64,000 bases of DNA from an uncultured Pseudomonadales bacterium (GTDB taxonomy: Bacteria; Patescibacteriota; Microgenomatia; UBA1400; PJMF01): NCBI GenBank assembly GCA_964406075.1, contig CAYOQI010000002.1, positions 160,565 to 224,564 of the forward strand. The letters run 5' to 3'. Below, piece after piece: positions 62,640-64,000 of the stretch. The first letter of the stretch is position 1. Every line of letters starts with the position of its first letter. Below the pieces are notes generated by a model. It was not told where the DNA came from. It saw nothing but the letters and a program-made list of their open reading frames with translations, and searched no databases. The translations under genes and the position numbers were made by a program.

Positions 62640-63371
62640 CTACTCTTGCCGAATCTGTTCGATAGTTGGAATGACCTCCGGGGCAGTAACTTTTTTGTCA
62701 TTTACAAAAAAGGTCGGAGTGGAAGATATATTTAATTGGTTAGCTAAATTTGCATCGGTCTGTACCGCTTGTTTTACACTATCATCCTCTAAAGATTTTG
62801 AAAAGTCATCTTTATTCATGCCTAGCTCTACCGCATATTCAATGAACTTGGTTTTGGCTTCTTCAACACTTAAGTCAGTCCAATCCTCTTGAGTTTGAAA
62901 CAATTTATCGTGCATCGGCCAAAATTTATTGTACTTGGCAGCAACTTCGGATACTTCTGCTGCCAGCTGAGCTTTATTGTGAATTGATGTTAAAGGAAAG
63001 TGTCGGTACACAAACTCTACTTCACTCGGAGAGTATTGAGCAAAGATTTCGTTTTTCAGTTGATAACTTGCTCGACAGGCTGGACACTGTAAATCACTAA
63101 ACTCTGTCACAATAATTTTTTCTTTTACAGGTTCTGCTGAATCACTGGCCGTAGCTGCTTCTGTCGCAGTCGGAGATTTACTCGCTCGTGGACTCGCTGA
63201 AGGAGTGGCCGCGCTAACAGTACTTGAATAAAAATGACGAGCACCATCTGTTAACTGTGTTTGAGTAACAGAAGTAGATTGCTCTTGTTGTCGAGAAAAA
63301 AGGAAGGTGACTCCAATGATAAGAAGGAGTGATCCACCAAGCGTTATGAGTAACAAATGTAAATTTTTCAT
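62640..63371 (-). CDS. DsbA-like thiol:disulfide oxidoreductase
   Basis: N-terminal TM helix and the CPAC redox motif in FSDLQCPACR. Confidence 0.8.
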   Translation of the reverse strand: MKNLHLLLITLGGSLLLIIGVTFLFSRQQEQSTSVTQTQLTDGARHFYSSTVSAATPSASPRASKSPTATEAATASDSAEPVKEKIIVTEFSDLQCPACRASYQLKNEIFAQYSPSEVEFVYRHFPLTSIHNKAQLAAEVSEVAAKYNKFWPMHDKLFQTQEDWTDLSVEEAKTKFIEYAVELGMNKDDFSKSLEDDSVKQAVQTDANLANQLNISSTPTFFVNDKKVTAPEVIPTIEQIRQE

Positions 63372-63458
63372 CGTCCGCTAAAATAACATGTCTAAATTTT
63401 ACAGACAAGCACCAGTTGTGTATTTAGAATAATTAGCACACTCTTTATTTCGATTCAA

Positions 63459-63716
63459 TTATGCTTTTGGCCAGACAAGTTCACCAGTTGTGGTGTCAAT
63501 AATTTCTACCGCAGAAGTTGGACAACTCTGTGCCGCCAATAACTTATTGTCATCACTATCATTTTGAGAGATGACTTCTGCGATATTTTGCTCATTAAGC
63601 TTCAGAGTAGCTGGTGAAATAGCCACACAAGAAGCAGCTCCGATACACTTATCATTTATAATACGCACTTCATATTTTCCGACTTGTTGAGTTTGAACTA
63701 CATTTTGGTCAGACAT
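63459..63716 (-). CDS. Ferredoxin (single Fe-S cluster type)
   Basis: DKCIGAASCVAISP...SCP. Confidence 0.75.
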   Translation of the reverse strand: MSDQNVVQTQQVGKYEVRIINDKCIGAASCVAISPATLKLNEQNIAEVISQNDSDDNKLLAAQSCPTSAVEIIDTTTGELVWPKA

Positions 63717-63746
63717 GATTGCCTTTCTATTTTTTTAAACAACAAA

Positions 63747-64000
63747 ATTAATAAAATTTCTCATGATGTACAAATGCTTCAGGGATCTGTTTTTCAGTGA
63801 TCAATAAATTTGAAACCTCTTCAATCATTTTTGCATTCCCACATAAGTAATACCCTGCTTCAGCTGGTAATTCATGAATTCGCAAACAATCAGTTACTCT
63901 TCCTCGACACAGAGGCCATTCATCACCAGCTTGAGATAAAGTCAGGTGGAAATGAAAATTGGGAAACGCTTGCTCGAGTTGATGAAAATCATCAGCCCAA
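63747..64000 (-). CDS. Ferredoxin-reductase-like FAD/NAD(P)-binding oxidoreductase (C-terminal end only; 5' part outside window)
   Basis: My minus-strand translation gives ...WADDFHQLEQAFPNFHFHLTLSQAGDEWPLCRGRVTDCL...YYLCGNAKMIEEV...EKFY*. YLCGN..M is the typical FNR-family C-terminal motif. Confidence 0.6.

Noticed and set aside
1-64000. Alternative genetic code (UGA recoding, as in some candidate phyla)
   Set aside because: Long conserved genes (rpoD, ftsK, rnj, ung) read through cleanly and terminate normally under the standard code. The only anomalous in-frame stop is a single TAA at 6956..6958.

Overview
AT-rich, tightly packed bacterial chromosome segment. Hand-counted 60-nt samples range from 25% GC in the background to about 60% in two islands. 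I call about 75 CDS, 5 tRNAs (Asn-GTT, Ser-GCT, Ser-TGA, an apparent Ser-ACT, Val-CAC), one tRNA 3' fragment and one tmRNA. I see no rRNA, CRISPR array, transposase, integrase or phage genes. Core genes include rpoD, ftsK, RNase J, dus, comF, ung, bcp, rpiB/rpe, a PfkB kinase, a LOG-family protein, a DUF59 Fe-S factor, a DsbA-like protein and a ferredoxin. Surface and envelope genes include a GT2 synthase fused to a GT-C-like domain next to a GH26-like gene. They also include a GT2/GT4/GT4/methyltransferase cluster, a sortase, a cohesin-like protein, two dockerin-bearing hydrolases, and lamin-tail, LamG and fasciclin proteins. The gene content, the small genes and the tRNAs without encoded CCA suggest a Patescibacteria/CPR (Microgenomates-like) genome, but this is inference only. 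The most unusual signal is non-coding: the tRNA loci sit inside repeat architectures. (1) Five same-strand copies of the tRNA-Asn 3' end divide 7.6 kb of orphan and accessory genes into cassettes. (2) A GC-rich multi-hairpin module abuts the 3' end of all three tRNA-Ser genes and is 75/75 identical at two of them. Decayed copies of the tRNA 5' end lie upstream of two of them. (3) A 20-bp GC palindrome, CCTGCCTRCCGGCAGGCAGG, occurs four times; two copies flank tRNA-Val and one lies inside a CDS 5' end. Other leads are two GC-rich islands (a three-gene membrane module and a secreted toxin-like protein), a cohesin/dockerin/sortase neighbourhood, a 760-aa orphan with a degenerate Nudix box, a KAS-III-like/kinase-like pair, an in-frame TAA in a DUF1801 gene and a Lon-like ATPase without a protease domain. 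All family assignments come from motif recognition by eye; no searches were run.
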